Under the pieces are notes generated by a model, which had not been told where the DNA came from, did no database searches, and saw nothing but the letters and a program-made list of their open reading frames with translations. A program made the position numbers and the translations under genes. A stretch of 64,000 nucleotides of DNA from Eledone cirrhosa (taxonomy: Eukaryota), in the NCBI GenBank assembly GCA_964016885.1, contig OZ024747.1, forward strand, positions 62,868,001 through 62,932,000. The letters are read 5' to 3'. This document shows positions 1-13,154 of this stretch, one piece after another; position 1 is the first letter of the stretch; every line of letters begins with the position of its first letter.

Positions 1-120
1 ACACCAATGGAAAAAGTGTGTGGACTTCAAGGGGGACTATGTTGAAAAATAAACCTCATTTGGTCACATTTTATGAGAGTATTTTGGTCACCCTATGAAC
101 TTTTCAGCTGACTCTCATTT
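1..120 (+). mobile_element. 3' end of a mariner-type DNA transposon (transposase C-terminus plus probable right terminal repeat), cut by the window edge
   Basis: Nt 2-52 read HQWKKCVDFKGDYVEK*, matching the characteristic mariner transposase C-terminus (RWxKCvxxxGdYvE); followed by ~65 nt ending near a TA. Confidence 0.7.
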
Positions 121-245
121 ATATAAATAAGAATTTATATGTACACGCACACACACACAGACACACATATATATGTACATATATATATACTCATATATCT
201 AAATATATATATATGTAAATATATATATATATTTAGATATATAGA

Positions 246-587
246 AGGCACATGGCTTAGTGGTTAGAGCATTGGCCTTGCAGTCGAAAGGTTGTGAGTT
301 CAATTCTCAGACCGGGTGATGTGTTGTTTCCTTGAGCAAGACACTTTATTTCACATTGCTCCAGTTTACTCAGCTGTAGAAGTGAGATGATAGGACTGGG
401 GTCCCTATCATTCCACTGCAAAGTGGTCGTGGAGGTGCCACGGCAAAAAAGCACCCAGCACTCACTGTAAATGAGGTTGGTGTTAGGAAGGGCATCCAGC
501 TGTAGAAATCAAGCCAGAATCAGTTCCCGTCCCACCCTTGCAAGCAGGGATAAGTGGACGTAAAAAGGAAATGATGATGAAATGATA
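246..587 (+). mobile_element. tRNA-derived SINE, family A (RTE-tailed), full length
   Basis: A box TGGCTTAGTGG, B box GAGTTCAATTC, CORE-like tccttgagcaagacacttt, 3' end cccacccttgcaagcaggga..ggacgtaaaa(tga)n nearly identical to the RTE 3' end at 48007-48066; near-identical copies at 26735, 29005, 61078. Confidence 0.9.
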
Positions 588-1177
588 TATATAAACACGT
601 GTACAGATAGAGAGAGGCAGGCAGACATATCTATTTTGATTGTCAAAAATATTATATTCATATATTTTACGATAATGGACTCTTAATATGAAATAGTATA
701 TAATTTAGTAAAATGTACAATTTGTTCTAAGAGAAGATAGTAGTAGTTGGAATCAAGAGGTGAGCGAATTACACTTAAATATTGATGTATCATATTAGAT
801 AGACAGTTCAAAAGTAACGTTGTTAGTTTATGGTGGCTTTCAAAATATACCAGATGTAAAAGAATAAATGATTTGAATGAAAGAAATGAAACCTACACAT
901 AAAGATTTAATTATTTTCATACCAGCATAATAATAATAATTATTATATCTTAACTCTTGTTTCCATATGTTTATTAAAAGACATTCTGTTAAACTTTTTT
1001 TTGAAAATAACCAATAATTTGAAAGGATTTAGTAATATGACTTTCTCATAACAATGTTGGTGTTGGGAACATAAATGTTCTTACATAAAATTATGATGGA
1101 ATGTTTTTAGAAAAATATAAACCCTTTAGAATGAACAGTTTATATTATAGAACTAGTAGAGATTTTGGGTGGCTTCA

Positions 1178-1374
1178 TATTTACATTACTCTATATATAC
1201 TAGTGTATTTTTGTGGTAGAGTCTTTATCTCACATAATATCAAATCTATGAGATTTTGATATTTATTTTGAGAACAATATCTTAACATCAGTATGAGTAG
1301 CATGTTATGGCCAGTTTGAATACCAAGAGGTGACAGAATTCTGGTTGGATACAGCCGGTTTAAATGTTAAAGGG
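1178..1374. mobile_element. piggyBac-type MITE, one terminus decayed
   Basis: Homologous to 4254-4474 and 6094-6314; ends aaaggg|ttaa. Confidence 0.7.
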
Positions 1375-1623
1375 TTAAAGAAGATGCCTTGCATTGGACA
1401 GGAGGAGTTGATGTCAGTAGATGATGTCCAATCTTCGATTGGCTCTTTTGGCCCTGAAGCATAACACTCGCCCATTGGTGTGTCAGCAATAGTGGCCAAA
1501 TCAATACCTATCTTCTCTTTTTGGTTTCCAACTTATCCTCTCTCTCCTTCATAATCAAGTGTGGCTTTTCTACTATCTCCCCTCATTGTGAGCTAGCAGA
1601 TTCCATTAGAAGCAGCAGAGGAA

Positions 1624-1790
1624 TACAGATTTAAGCAAAGAATTTATGCTTTCACCCTTTACGGGATCTTCAGAAACTCAATTTCAGAAGATCCCATAAA
1701 GGGTGAAAGTAGAAATTCTTTCCTTAAACTTTAATCTGTATAAATAATATATATTTGCTCTACGGGTTTATATATATTTATATATATGGT
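1624..1790. mobile_element. Short fold-back element (family E) with hammerhead-like motif
   Basis: Imperfect inverted arms 1630-1676/1682-1728; left arm on minus reads ttt CTGAAGA tccc gtaaa gggt GAAA gcata aatt; relatives at 8093-8230, 25632-25715, 54795-54846. Confidence 0.6.
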
Positions 1791-2021
1791 CTTTGTATTT
1801 ATTATTACTATATAGATATATATGTATAATCACCATAATCATCATCATCTGTTTGACATCTATTTTCCAGGCTTGCATGGGCTAGATGGGTTGTCATGTA
1901 CTGTTGCTAGATCAGTCTTGTGGACTGAGTGGTTTTTATCGTGGCACCAATACAAACACTTTACAGATTGGACTGGGTGTATTTCATCATGGTGATGAGA
2001 AAATGCTAATATCTATATATC

Positions 2022-2054
<33 letters not shown>

Positions 2055-2355
2055 GAGAGAGAAAGTGTGTGTAAAGCTAGATGGATAGATTGATCATAAA
2101 TTGATGTATGAATATATCAAATAATAGCTGGAAGGTTATAAATAATTTCCAACCAGACACTGAACCAAAACATACTTTAAAAACACAAATAATATAGTTT
2201 GATAAAAAAGGATAAATCAAAACGATTTTCAGATATCAAAATCTATAGATTTTATTATTATTATTATTACTGGTATTATTATTGTTGTTGCTTTTATTGT
2301 TGAAGTTGCTGTTATTGTTGTTGTTATATAGATGCTACTATTGCTGTTATTGCTG

Positions 2356-2512
2356 TGGCAGTATCGGTAGAGGGTCGGATGCCATGCATTATGGTCTGAG
2401 TTCAAATCCTGCCGAGATTAACTTTGCCTTTCATCCGTACGGGGTCGATAAAATAAAGTACCAGTAATGCATTGGGTTATTGCTGGCCTTGTGCCAAATG
2501 TAGAAACAATTA
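2356..2512 (+). mobile_element. tRNA-derived SINE, family B (Nin-like central domain), internally deleted
   Basis: gagttcaaatcc B box, gcctttcatccgtacggggtcgataaaataaagtaccag central block, tail tagaaacaatta. Confidence 0.85.
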
Positions 2513-4028
2513 TTGTTATTGTTGTTTTTGCAATTATTTGTTTATTTATTTTAGTTTTTATTTAAAGAAACTATTATATTATTATTATTATTATTACTAT
2601 TATTCCCCTACATGTTGGCCCTTGTGGCCAATAAATGAAATCATTATTATTATTATTGTTGTCATGATTATCATCTAAGTGTCAGTTTCCATGTAAAAAA
2701 AAGAAAATTCCAATCTAAACTATGATGTGATAATACATACACATAAATGGAACAGCCATTTTATCTTAGAAATGCCTGAAGACATTTACCCTCTCTCTCT
2801 CTTCAAAAGAACACACACACCAAAATAACAAAAGAGTGAGAAAGTCTTATTAAGATAATTTTGCTATTTACATGGCATCTTACTTAATATTTTTATAGAC
2901 CTTTACTATATAAAAACGTGTAAAATATGATTAAGACTTATTGGGTTTAACTCCAGTTACATTTTCATCCAAATTTTTCTCAAGATTCTTATCAATTTTG
3001 TTGCGTTGCTGCATCCACTCAAATTTTGGTTTATTGTTAAGACAGAGGAGAGTATTTTTGTATATTTTTGTGTATATTATTAGGTTATTTATTATTTTTT
3101 TTTTTTAGAGAAAATCGATTTGGCAATAATGGATTTTTTTTTTTTGACATATTCTATAATTTAAGATGTTTCTTCTTTACTTATATATGTGTACATACAT
3201 ACATACATGCATACACATATATATGTGTGTTTGTTTGTATAATTCGTTGTTACATTATACACATATACACACAATCATATGTATATATATATATATACAT
3301 ATATACACACACACGTATATATATATCCATGTATTTACAAACACACACACACATATATATAATTACATCCATGCAAGCACAGAAAACACTAACAAATGTT
3401 AAATGGAGGTGATATATATATATATTTATAGTAATAATAAAATTGAAGACTTATATATATTTATATATATATATATAATACAACTAGTTGAATATTGTAT
3501 TGAACTAAAGTACATTCATCTAATTAATATTCAATATGTTCCAATATATCTGAAATACGACATTTTTCTTTTGTTCTTCTCACCCCTCCTTTGTCATATA
3601 TTATTCTTATATATATATCCCTATATGTGATATATTAAACAATTTATATGTTAAAATACGATAAATTTTCCATTATTTTCTTCACACTCCAGCAATTGAT
3701 TTCTCGTATGTCATTACTATATCATCCATTGCTACATTTTTGATATTCAATACATTCCAGTGTCAAATAATGTCATTTTCTCTTCATAATTTTCTCAATT
3801 AGCTACTTACCTTTAGAGAGATCCAGAGGTGTATCTACTATTTTATTTGAATTATATTACTAGAAAAGAAAGCTGAAATAAATAGACTTAGCTTAGAAGA
3901 CAGCAATTTGTCAGATTTATATTTTTGTACAAAGTAAAAAGAAATATCTAGATTCTCTACAAGAATTATACTAACATGAAATTCTATTGAAATGTAGCTA
4001 ATTGTCTCCTTAACATGAATGCCTGTTG

Positions 4029-4250
4029 ATAGATCTGGTGTCTAGAATTGATGAAGAAACTATTGATGGCAAGGAAACGACATATATTGGTTTATCGAAA
4101 ACTGATTCAAACCCCAATATAAGACAACCATTTGTTCAGATACAGCACCAAAGACAACCCTTCTTCATTGCCAATGTACATTTGATATCTAAGGGAGAGA
4201 GCAATAGATAATCCCACAATCAGGTAGTGCATAGTTATAATAGTGTGTCT
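4029..4250 (+). pseudogene. Decayed GIY-YIG endonuclease fragment, Penelope-like retroelement
   Basis: Reads ..KETTYIGLSKTD.. then, after frameshifts, YI*YLRERAIDNPTIR*CIV, resembling the YIGL..F..R..NH ... KYIW.L......I.W.I pattern of Penelope-type endonucleases; second copy at 39409-39607. Confidence 0.55.
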
Positions 4251-4253
4251 TAA

Positions 4254-4474
4254 CCCTTTAGCATTTACATTACTCTATATTTACTATTGTATTGTCATGA
4301 TAAGGGCTTTACCTCACATAATTATCTCACATAATACTGAATCTATGAGATTTTGATATTATTTATTTTGAGAACAATACCTTAACATCAGTATGAATAG
4401 CCAGTTACAGCTGGCTTGAACAGAAAGAGGTGATAGAATTCTGGCCAGAAATGGCTGGTTTAAATGGTTTAGGG
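4254..4474. mobile_element. piggyBac-type MITE, complete
   Basis: ttaa|ccctttagcattt ... aaatggtttaggg|ttaa: TTAA on both sides, CCC..GGG termini, non-coding 221 bp. Confidence 0.8.
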
Positions 4475-4477
4475 TTA

Positions 4478-4685
4478 AGCCATTGATGGCTCGTTAGGCC
4501 GGTGCCTATCCCGGTTTCATGGCATGAAACGACTGAGAGTACAAGACTACCCAGCTGAGTATAATGGAGCAACATGAAATGAAGTGTTTTGCTCAAAAAC
4601 ATAACATACAATCCAGCCTAGGAATTGAACCCACAACATCATGATCGTAATTTCAACACCCTTACCACCAAGCCATGCACCTCCA
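4478..4685 (-). mobile_element. Older tRNA/CORE-type SINE
   Basis: Minus strand has ggcttggtggtaag..ggttcaattcc head and ttttgagcaaaacacttcatttca block related to family A, with a different 3' part. Confidence 0.65.
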
Positions 4686-6093
4686 CAGTATAGTTATCAT
4701 GACAAAGTCAAAAGTGGCTGCTGCAGTTATTGTAATTTGTGTGCAACCAAGAAAATTAACATACTAACTGTACCGGTCAATATCTTAAATAGGAGGGAAG
4801 AAACACTAGGCCCAGAACCCATCACCCCCTTTCCCCTTCTCATTCTTCTGTGACACTGGAGCCCTTGCCTTTCCCTTCCTTTTCTGTTATTGTATTTTCT
4901 TGTTTTGCATTCCATTTTTTCTTCTCAATCTTTTTTTTTCTTTTTCTGATAGGGAAATTGTAGTTAAAATAGGGAAAGAGAAACAATCTAGACCTGTAAC
5001 TGGGAAACCCAATAACTAAAATTACACTGGCATTGCACATTTGTGTCACATTCAAATTTTACAAAGGTGGGGGAGCGGATCAGTAACACTTGTGTGGAGA
5101 AGTTACATAGGAACAATGTAAAGATTCATTACTACCAACATAACTCTTGATAATGGAGATGTAATCAAAGGTCAATGAAAACCATTGTACTTGAAATTTA
5201 AAAGTGTTACAGATTTAACTTTTAACATCCTATAATGATTTAGCAAGAAAATCTGAAAATAGATGTGATAATCTAAGTTTTTATATTATCTTTCTAGTTG
5301 ACAGATCATTCTGAAAATTTATAGCATTAAAGACATTAGTTTTTAATCTCTTTGTGATCCAGTTATAGTTCTGTTTTGTACTTTTAAACAATGTCTTGCT
5401 AATGTGATTTTATGTTTTACAGGATGTTAACAGTTAATCAACAGACTGATTTGGTTCTAACCCTCAAGCGGTTTTACATTTTAATGTTTATGCTCTTAAT
5501 ATTCAAACCCTTAACCCTGTAATGCAAGATCTAATTACGGTGCCCTTGCAAGAGACTCAATTATTTTCAGTAAACAGATTTTGCTATTTTTATTTTGAGA
5601 ATAATACCTTAACATAAGTATGAGCAGCCAGTTACAGCTAGTATGAACAGAAAGAGATGAGAGAAATCTGGCTGGCTATGGCTGGTTTTAATGATAAAGG
5701 GTTAAGGCATAGGACAAAATGCCTTGCTGTATCTGTTGCTGTCTGTGTTCAAATCCCACAAGGTCAACTTTGTCATTCACCTTTTCAGGGTCACTAAAAT
5801 ATAGCACGAGTCTAGTGTGATGTATTGAAAGAATTGTTAGAGCCTTGGACAAAATGCCTTGTGGTATTTGTTCCAGCTATTTCCATTGTGTTCAAATCCT
5901 GTTAATGCCTAAATGAGTAGCAAACTTAATCTATCACCCAGCTTAACACTTTGTGTGACCCTTGGGTGCTTTTAGTAGATTTCACTCTGCTTCAAGTATT
6001 GGGGTAGGTCTTCTGTTTGATAATGTATTCCTCCCTCCCATCAATTTCAAAGGGTTATAGGCATTGTCTTTCCTTTTCTGGTAGAATGGTTAA

Positions 6094-6314
6094 CCCTTTA
6101 GCATTCAAACCGGCTGTATCCGGCCAGAAATGTCTCACCGCTTTCTGTTCTAATCGGCTGTAACTGGCCACTCATACTGATGTTAAAGTATTGTTCTCAA
6201 GATAAATAACATCAAAATCTCATAGATTCGATATTATGTGAGATAATTATGTAAGATAAAGTGTTTACTACCAAAATACAATAGTATATATAGAGTAATG
6301 TGAATGCTAAAGGG
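6094..6314. mobile_element. piggyBac-type MITE, complete, opposite orientation to 4254-4474
   Basis: 14-bp TIR ccctttagcattca/tgaatgctaaaggg flanked by ttaa and ttga; partial copies at ~5565-5702, 28334-28515, 39611-39810. Confidence 0.85.
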
Positions 6315-8092
6315 TTGAAAGAAAAATATAATGAAATTAATATTTCTTCTTTACAATGTCACAACAATTATTTACATTTGATTTCATTCTTTGCTAGCCT
6401 TGTTTATTTATTTAATCAATTTAAACGTCCGTATAGAACTAGTAAGCCATGAAAGACTAGAGGAAATATTGATTACTCCTTAGTAATCAAAAGGAGCTAG
6501 TGAGACAAGTACTACAAAAATAAATCAGAAAAGAAAAGAAAAATGTCAAATATTGAAGGCCAATGGGAGACAGATTATGCATAAGAAAACAAAAAAGAAA
6601 AGGAAAAGAGGAAAGAAGGGAAGCTGTAAAACAGAAGTTTCTGTTGTTGAATCTTTTTGTAGCTTCCATGTACTCAAAGATTTTGTTTATATTTGGCAGA
6701 CCTTTATACATATATTGAACTTCCAATCTTGGTAGTTTTTTAAAAATTGGTTTTAACATGGCCTCTCTCGTGTGATTTATTCATTTGCCAGGGGATTTCA
6801 TGTTTTGCCCTTATTTTATTTTTATAGTTTCATTCTTTCTGTCTTTCATTCTTTGCCATCTTTCAGTTGTGAGGTTTCATTCCTTGTCATCTTTCATTTG
6901 TATGGTTTTATTCTATGACATCTTTCAATCATGTAATTTTGTTCTTGGCCATCTTTCAGTCATGTAGTTCCATTCTTTGCCATTTTTACATTGGTTATCT
7001 CCCTAAAGAAACTCCCTCCAGCCTCAGTAAACAAGCTATACTTCTGAACAAAAGTATAAAATGTTGAATGCTAATGTATATAATTGTGTTTGTTCAGCTG
7101 GAAATAACCATACACAGACCATCTAGACGACACTTCAGTATATTGGTTGTTGTTATTTTTTATATGCTCGCTTTTAACAAAAAACTATTATCTCAATGTG
7201 AACGTGTCTCCTATAAACATATTGAACATTGTTGTTTTTTTTTTTTCAATTTTTGTCTCTCAATGGTTTGATTGTATTACTTTCATGCTTCAAAAGTCAC
7301 CTGATATAATACTGTCTTCTTTCGTCCTAAACTTCTTCTGAGCTGAAGTGGCGTCATTCATCTGAATAATTCACATGAACCAAAAATATAAAAATCAAAT
7401 CAAAACCCAAGCAAAAATAATCAATCAATTCTTCTTTAGCATTATCGGATATTTTCTTTCATTCATAAACACCTGCATAACTTTGAAAGTTAATAAATGT
7501 CTGAATCTGCTGCCAATTAAACCAAAATCCCTCAGTGACCATTATTTTGAAATGTCTGTTTATGATCCATCAGAGAAAACTAAACAAACATATACTTCTC
7601 AACGTTAAAAGAAATAATAAAAGAAAATAAACTTATTTTTTTATCATCGATACAGAATGATTTAAGAAATTATAAAAAAATTAGAATTCTGAATTTTATA
7701 GCAAAAAAAATCCATAAAATTAGTTGCCATTCTTATGAGATGATAGTTACAATAAAAAAACAAAGCAAAAGTGGAGACATGACTGTCTGGTTATATCTTT
7801 CCTATGCAATCACATGGTTTTAATTTCAGTCAGACTGTGTTATCCTACCCATGCTAGCATGGAAAATGGACGTTAAACGATGATGATTAGGATGATGATG
7901 ATGTGGGGGTATCTCAAGCAAGTGTCTTTGACCATGGCTTGACCAATGCCTTGTGAATAAGATTTGCTAAATTGAAACTGTATGGAAGCTTGTCATATAT
8001 ATATATGTCCCACCCTTGCAAGCAGGGAAAAGTGGACGTAAAATGATGATGATGATATATATGTATATTAATTATTAGTACAAATTAAAAGG

Positions 8093-8230
8093 TTAAGTAA
8101 TAAATTACTGCCTTCACCATAAGCAGGATCTTCTGAAGTTTCAGAAGATTCTGCTGAGTGTGAAAACAGTAATTTATTGCTTAAACATTTAATCTGTACT
8201 GATAATAAATATTTGCTCTACAGGTTTATA
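8093..8230. mobile_element. Short fold-back element (family E), second copy
   Basis: ttaagtaataaattactg..gatcttctgaa / ttcagaagat..cagtaatttattgcttaa palindrome plus tail tttaatctgta..atatttgctctac.ggtttata shared with 1730-1770. Confidence 0.65.
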
Positions 8231-8329
8231 TATACTTATATATATATGTATGTATGGATGTATGTATGTATATGTACACACACAATCCTTATCGAATCCT
8301 CTTTGGATTTCAGTCTTTGTATTTATTAT

Positions 8330-8442
<113 letters not shown>

Positions 8443-8500
8443 ACTGGAAGGTAATATCCATAGTGGTAGAGCACTCAGTCCATGGGACAACAGTTAGTTC

Positions 8501-8552
8501 ACCATACCGAGAACAATTGTTTCACCTTAGCGGATCCTCAGCTCATAATGGT
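8501..8552 (-). ncRNA. Type I hammerhead ribozyme (left arm)
   Basis: Minus strand: accattatgag CTGAGGA tcc gctaa ggt GAA acaattgt t ctcggtatggt. Confidence 0.8.
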
Positions 8553-8958
8553 CATGGTTATACGGAATAGGAAGGACAACCATATGAACGCGCATGTGCA
8601 GAAACGGTCACTTCACCCAAGCAGTACGGTGTAAGGGAGATTACTGCGAAAGTCCGAAAAGTAGTTCGAGTTGATAAGAAAATCAGGAAGTTGTTATTCA
8701 ATCCGGAGCTTTGTAGTTATGTAAGAGGTGTTTCTAGACATGTGGACAATGTGTGAAGATTTCATATCTTGAGTTTAGGCAATCGCTATTGCGTTTGAAT
8801 AACAACAACATCCTAATTTTCTTATCAATTCGAACTACTTTTCGAACTTTTGCAGTTATCTTACACCTTTCACCCATGGTTTTGTATTGCTTCGGTGAAG
8901 TGACCGTTTCTGCACATGCACGTTCATACAGTTGTCCTTCCTATTCCATATAACCATG

Positions 8959-9010
8959 ACCATTACGAGCTGAGGATCCGCTAAGGTGAAACAATTGTTC
9001 TCGGTATGGT
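8959..9010 (+). ncRNA. Type I hammerhead ribozyme (right arm)
   Basis: Stem I accat-ta-cgag/ctcg-gt-atggt, core CTGAGGA 8970-8976, short stem II, GAAA 8988-8991, palindromic stem III acaattgt, predicted cleavage after GUU at 8999. Confidence 0.82.
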
Positions 9011-9035
9011 GAACTAACTGTTGTATTACCACTTC

Positions 9036-9121
<86 letters not shown>

Positions 9122-9764
9122 ACACTGCCATACGGTATGTCCAGGTCTGAACACAGCTGATTTTTTTCTATAGAAGAAGAATCGACCTGCAGAGAGAGAG
9201 AGAGAGAGAGCTGTGTGTGTATCAGTATTTATGTTGTTTGTTTTGATCCTCCATACTTAGTGTTTTGGCAAGTAGAGATTGACAAAATAAGTACCAGACT
9301 TACAAAAACAAATAGGTAATAAGTTCAATATCACATACTATTAGAAAATCCCTGGAAGATAGTATTCCAGTATGGCCTTAGTCAAGTCCAATGATTGAAA
9401 CCAATAAATGAGTAAAAGGAAATATTATTTTTCTTTCAAGAGAAATTCTCTAAATGTGTGTGTGTCTAAGAGAAATTATATTGAAGGGAATGAGTGACTG
9501 ACAGAAAGAAAACCAATAATTAGAAGATCAATAATGAAATGCTTTCAATCATTTCTGTGTATGGCATTTTAAGATATTTTGATTTGTGTCTTCAGTTTTT
9601 AATTCTTTGTCAATCTTAGAGTTATATAAAATGTTGGTGTTTGTCACATTTTCTGTGATATTTCAAAACTGGGCAGCTAATTCTTACAGACACATATATA
9701 CACACACATATACACATGTATTTGCACTTACTCACACACACACATGCGCAAGACATCACACAAT

Positions 9765-9945
9765 TGGCAGCCCGTCTGAGGAAGGAGGCCTGTAAGGTAG
9801 GGTGGCTGTTGCAGCAGGTATTGCTGGCCATTGTCCATGGTATGCAGCCCCAACACTGCTACACTTTAGGCCCAGATACCAACCCCTTCCCCCATTCCTT
9901 TCTTCTGTGTCCCTAGAACCCTTGCCTTTCTCTTCCTTTTCCATT
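9765..9945 (+). repeat. Fragment of a dispersed GC-richer repeat, homologous to the reverse complement of 23060-23230 and to ~4805-4880
   Basis: Shared cagccccaacactgct.ca and aggcccaga blocks with a pyrimidine-rich tail; looks like a retroelement 3' end, family unresolved. Confidence 0.55.
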
Positions 9946-10559
9946 TTTAAATATTAATTAATATAAATACCGAAAGAAATAATGGAAGAGTGTGACATCT
10001 GTGAAAGATATCAAGACCAGTTGTTGGATTACCTAAAGCAACAGATTTACCATGAAAAGATTACCATGCAATACTTCCACACTGTGTGTAATCCAACTCC
10101 CCTTTTATTTCACCAACAGTCAAAACATACTGTAACTCATTTCTTCTATAAACTGTACATGCGCAGCTGCAATGATATGCAGTTATCACTTCCTTTGTAA
10201 CATTGTAATGTAAAAGTCAAACTGACATGTTATACCATGTCAACACAAACATGCACACACACACACACACGCGCATGCACTCACACACACACACACACAT
10301 ATACACCTGCTCTCTCTCACACACACACAGTATCTCCTATAGAAACCAAAATTCAAATTTAGTATTTTTAAAGTAATGTGAATGAACTAATTGTTTGCAA
10401 CCCTAACATCAGTAAATCAGCCAGCCACCTGGTCACTTATCAATCAGACAAACACACAAGCCAGATTTACTTTTTACTTATTAAAGAATGTGTCAGTCAG
10501 ATATTAGAATTGCTATGTCCATCCCTACATTAAAATGTTCTACATAGCATAAGTGACAT

Positions 10560-11730
10560 CAGAATAAGTAGAGGATGGAACAAGACATAAGCAAATGAAA
10601 GCTAGATAATCTGTTTGTTAAATAGAGGTTTAGAAAAGCTCTATGTGATGCATATGATGAGAGATGAGATAAGTTAGATACATATGACATTGAGGACAAT
10701 TGGAAGTTTCTATGAAACAACCTACTGCAGGTTAATGTGGAGATTTATAGTTAAAGCAAAGCATAAATCAGACCAGCGTTGATGTAGTGGTGGAAGAAAA
10801 CTGTGAATAGTGATGTTAAAGAGAAAAGACAGACTGGAAGAAATAGATGAAGCAAAGATCAATATCAAGTAGCTAAAAGAGAAGCTAGACAACAAGTATA
10901 GATAGCATGCAAAGAATCTGAGAGCAGGGAGTTTGCAAATGTTTTGTGTTGTAAGGATTAGGGATGTGAGGTGTTCCACATTGCTAAGTAGTGTGTTCAT
11001 AATAAACGGGATGTAGTTAGGGAAAAGTGTGTTTAAAATAACCCTGGTGCACTTTGCGTCACTGACACACTAAAGAAAGAAGCCTGGAAATGGTATTATG
11101 AGAGATTGATGACTATAGAGAATGATTAAGAGCAGGAGAGACAACCCCCTGCTGACCCAACAGTAGGACTGGCCATCGAAATTTGGCAATTATAGAGTCA
11201 AAGAGCAATCGCAAAGATGAAAAACAGAAAGACCATTGATATGTCGGAGATAGTTGCTGAGATACTAAAATTTTCTGGGTCAGTAGAAGTTGAATTAGTG
11301 ATCTGAATAATGAATAACGTAATACATGATGGGGGGGTCATAGGGATTGACTGGCATAGTCATATACTCATTAATTGTTACAAGGGAAAAGGTGATGCAT
11401 TAGAAAGGAACAACTACATGGTCATAAAGCTGATGGATCAGGTCATGAAACTGACAGGAATTTTAGCACAACTAATTCTGGAAAGAGTAAAATTAGATGT
11501 GATGTGGTTTGGTTTTGTGCTAGGGAGAAGCACAACAGATGCCACCTTTCAAGTGAGACAAGTACAAGAGAAGCTCCTAGCTAAGTGTAAAGCACTATAT
11601 CTTGATTTTATTGTCCTAGAGAAGGCCTTTGACAGAGAACTGCGATCTGTTGTGAGGTGATCCTTAAGGTAATGAGCTGTAGAAAAATGGCTTGTAAAAG
11701 CAGTGCAAGCCATATGTAGAGAATTAAAGC
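10560..11730 (+). pseudogene. Decayed RTE LINE fragment related to the intact copy at 48030-51098
   Basis: ORF 11310-11660 ILINCYKGKGDALERNNY..IKLMDQVMK..STTDA.F.VRQ.QEK..LEKAFDR aligns by eye to the intact ORF; many stops and frameshifts. Confidence 0.9.
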
Positions 11731-11744
11731 CATATGTAAAGCAT

Positions 11745-12665
11745 TTTGTCAGATGCTCTTCAAATACTGCCAACCCACCACCCTAGTCAAAAATATGATT
11801 TATGATTTAGGTACATGATCAGCAATTTTTGGGGAGGGAAAAGGTCAATTAAATTAACCCCACTGAATGACTGGTACTTTATTTTACCAACTCTGTAAGG
11901 ATGAAAGGAAAAGCTAACCTCAGCAGGATTCAAACATAATAATAATGATTTCTGATTTAGGCACAAGGACAGCAATTTTTGGTACTTTATTTTATCAACC
12001 CTGTAAGAATTTGAACTCAGAACATAAAGGGCTGTAACTTCATGCCACTAAGCATGTTGCCCAATACTCAACTAATACTGCCAATCTACCATCCTAAAGG
12101 AACTTATAATAATAACAATAATGATGATGATAACAGCAGCCATAAAATTATTAATAATAAAAGTTTAGAATTTTGGCACATGGTTGATAATTTCAATTTT
12201 GGGGTGGGGTGGTGAATATGTCTATTATACTGACCCTCTTCAATCATTGATTGCTACTTTATTTTATTTTGACCCCAGAAGGACTGTCATGTCTTGTTTA
12301 TTTCCTTATGCGAGTAGGTAATTGACAAAGAACAGTAATTTATAAATTTCTATTTCGAAACAATGAAGCACAATAAATTGTAGAAATGTCAAACTGAAGC
12401 AAGCATATAATAATAATTGTTTCTACTTTTGGCACATGGCCTGCAATTATTCCAGTGTATTACTGGTACTTTATTTTATCGACTCCGTAAGGACAAAAGG
12501 CAAAGTTAACCTCGGCGTAGTTTTTCATTTAGGCACAAGGCTAACAATTTGGGGTTAGAGAAAAGACCAGTGTGTGACTGGTACTTACTTCATTTTATCG
12601 ACCCCGTAAAGATGAAAGGAAAAGGTAACCTCAGAAGGATTTCAATTCAGAACATAAAGAGCATA
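11745..12665 (-). mobile_element. Cluster of stacked or nested family B (Nin-like) SINE pieces
   Basis: At least four repeats of ggcacaagg..gcaatt..ctggtactttattttatcgacc..ggatgaaagg.aaag. Confidence 0.75.
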
Positions 12666-12876
12666 TAATAACATTGAATGTAATTCTATGGTGACAGAAA
12701 GAATTGGGTATTCCTCAACCATCAGGCTACACTTTGAACTTGTAGGATAGAATTGTGTACCTCCGTTTAGCTGAAGCATAATATATAGGCAAAAAACATG
12801 AGCTCACTTGAAACAAATGATATCGGAGGGGGAAGGGGTCCATTTTATTTTATTTGCAATTCTTACAATTTTTTCT

Positions 12877-12908
<32 letters not shown>

Positions 12909-12914
12909 TATATT

Positions 12915-12946
<32 letters not shown>

Positions 12947-13154
12947 CGATTTCATATAAAAAAACTCGCAAAACTAAATATATATATTTATATATATAAA
13001 GATTTACATATACATAAAGTCATAGATATATATGTGGCAACCGGTCATGTTGTGGCTCAATGAAGAATTAATAAATTAAATAATCAGAGCAATATATTTT
13101 TGAATCTATTTTTGATGCGATCGCTTTGGAAAATTAATTGTCCAATCTTGAGTT

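Noticed and set aside
247-320. tRNA gene-like sequence with A and B boxes
   Set aside because: It is the head of a multi-copy SINE; no complete acceptor stem, and it continues into the SINE body
257-454. Recurrent 65-86-aa ORF (..QLSKLEQCEIKCLAQGNN..) at four loci
   Set aside because: Antisense reading of family A SINE copies, not a gene family
9982-10200. 72-aa ORF MEECDICERY..
   Set aside because: Short, no recognisable domain or exon context; might be a transposase scrap but unsupported
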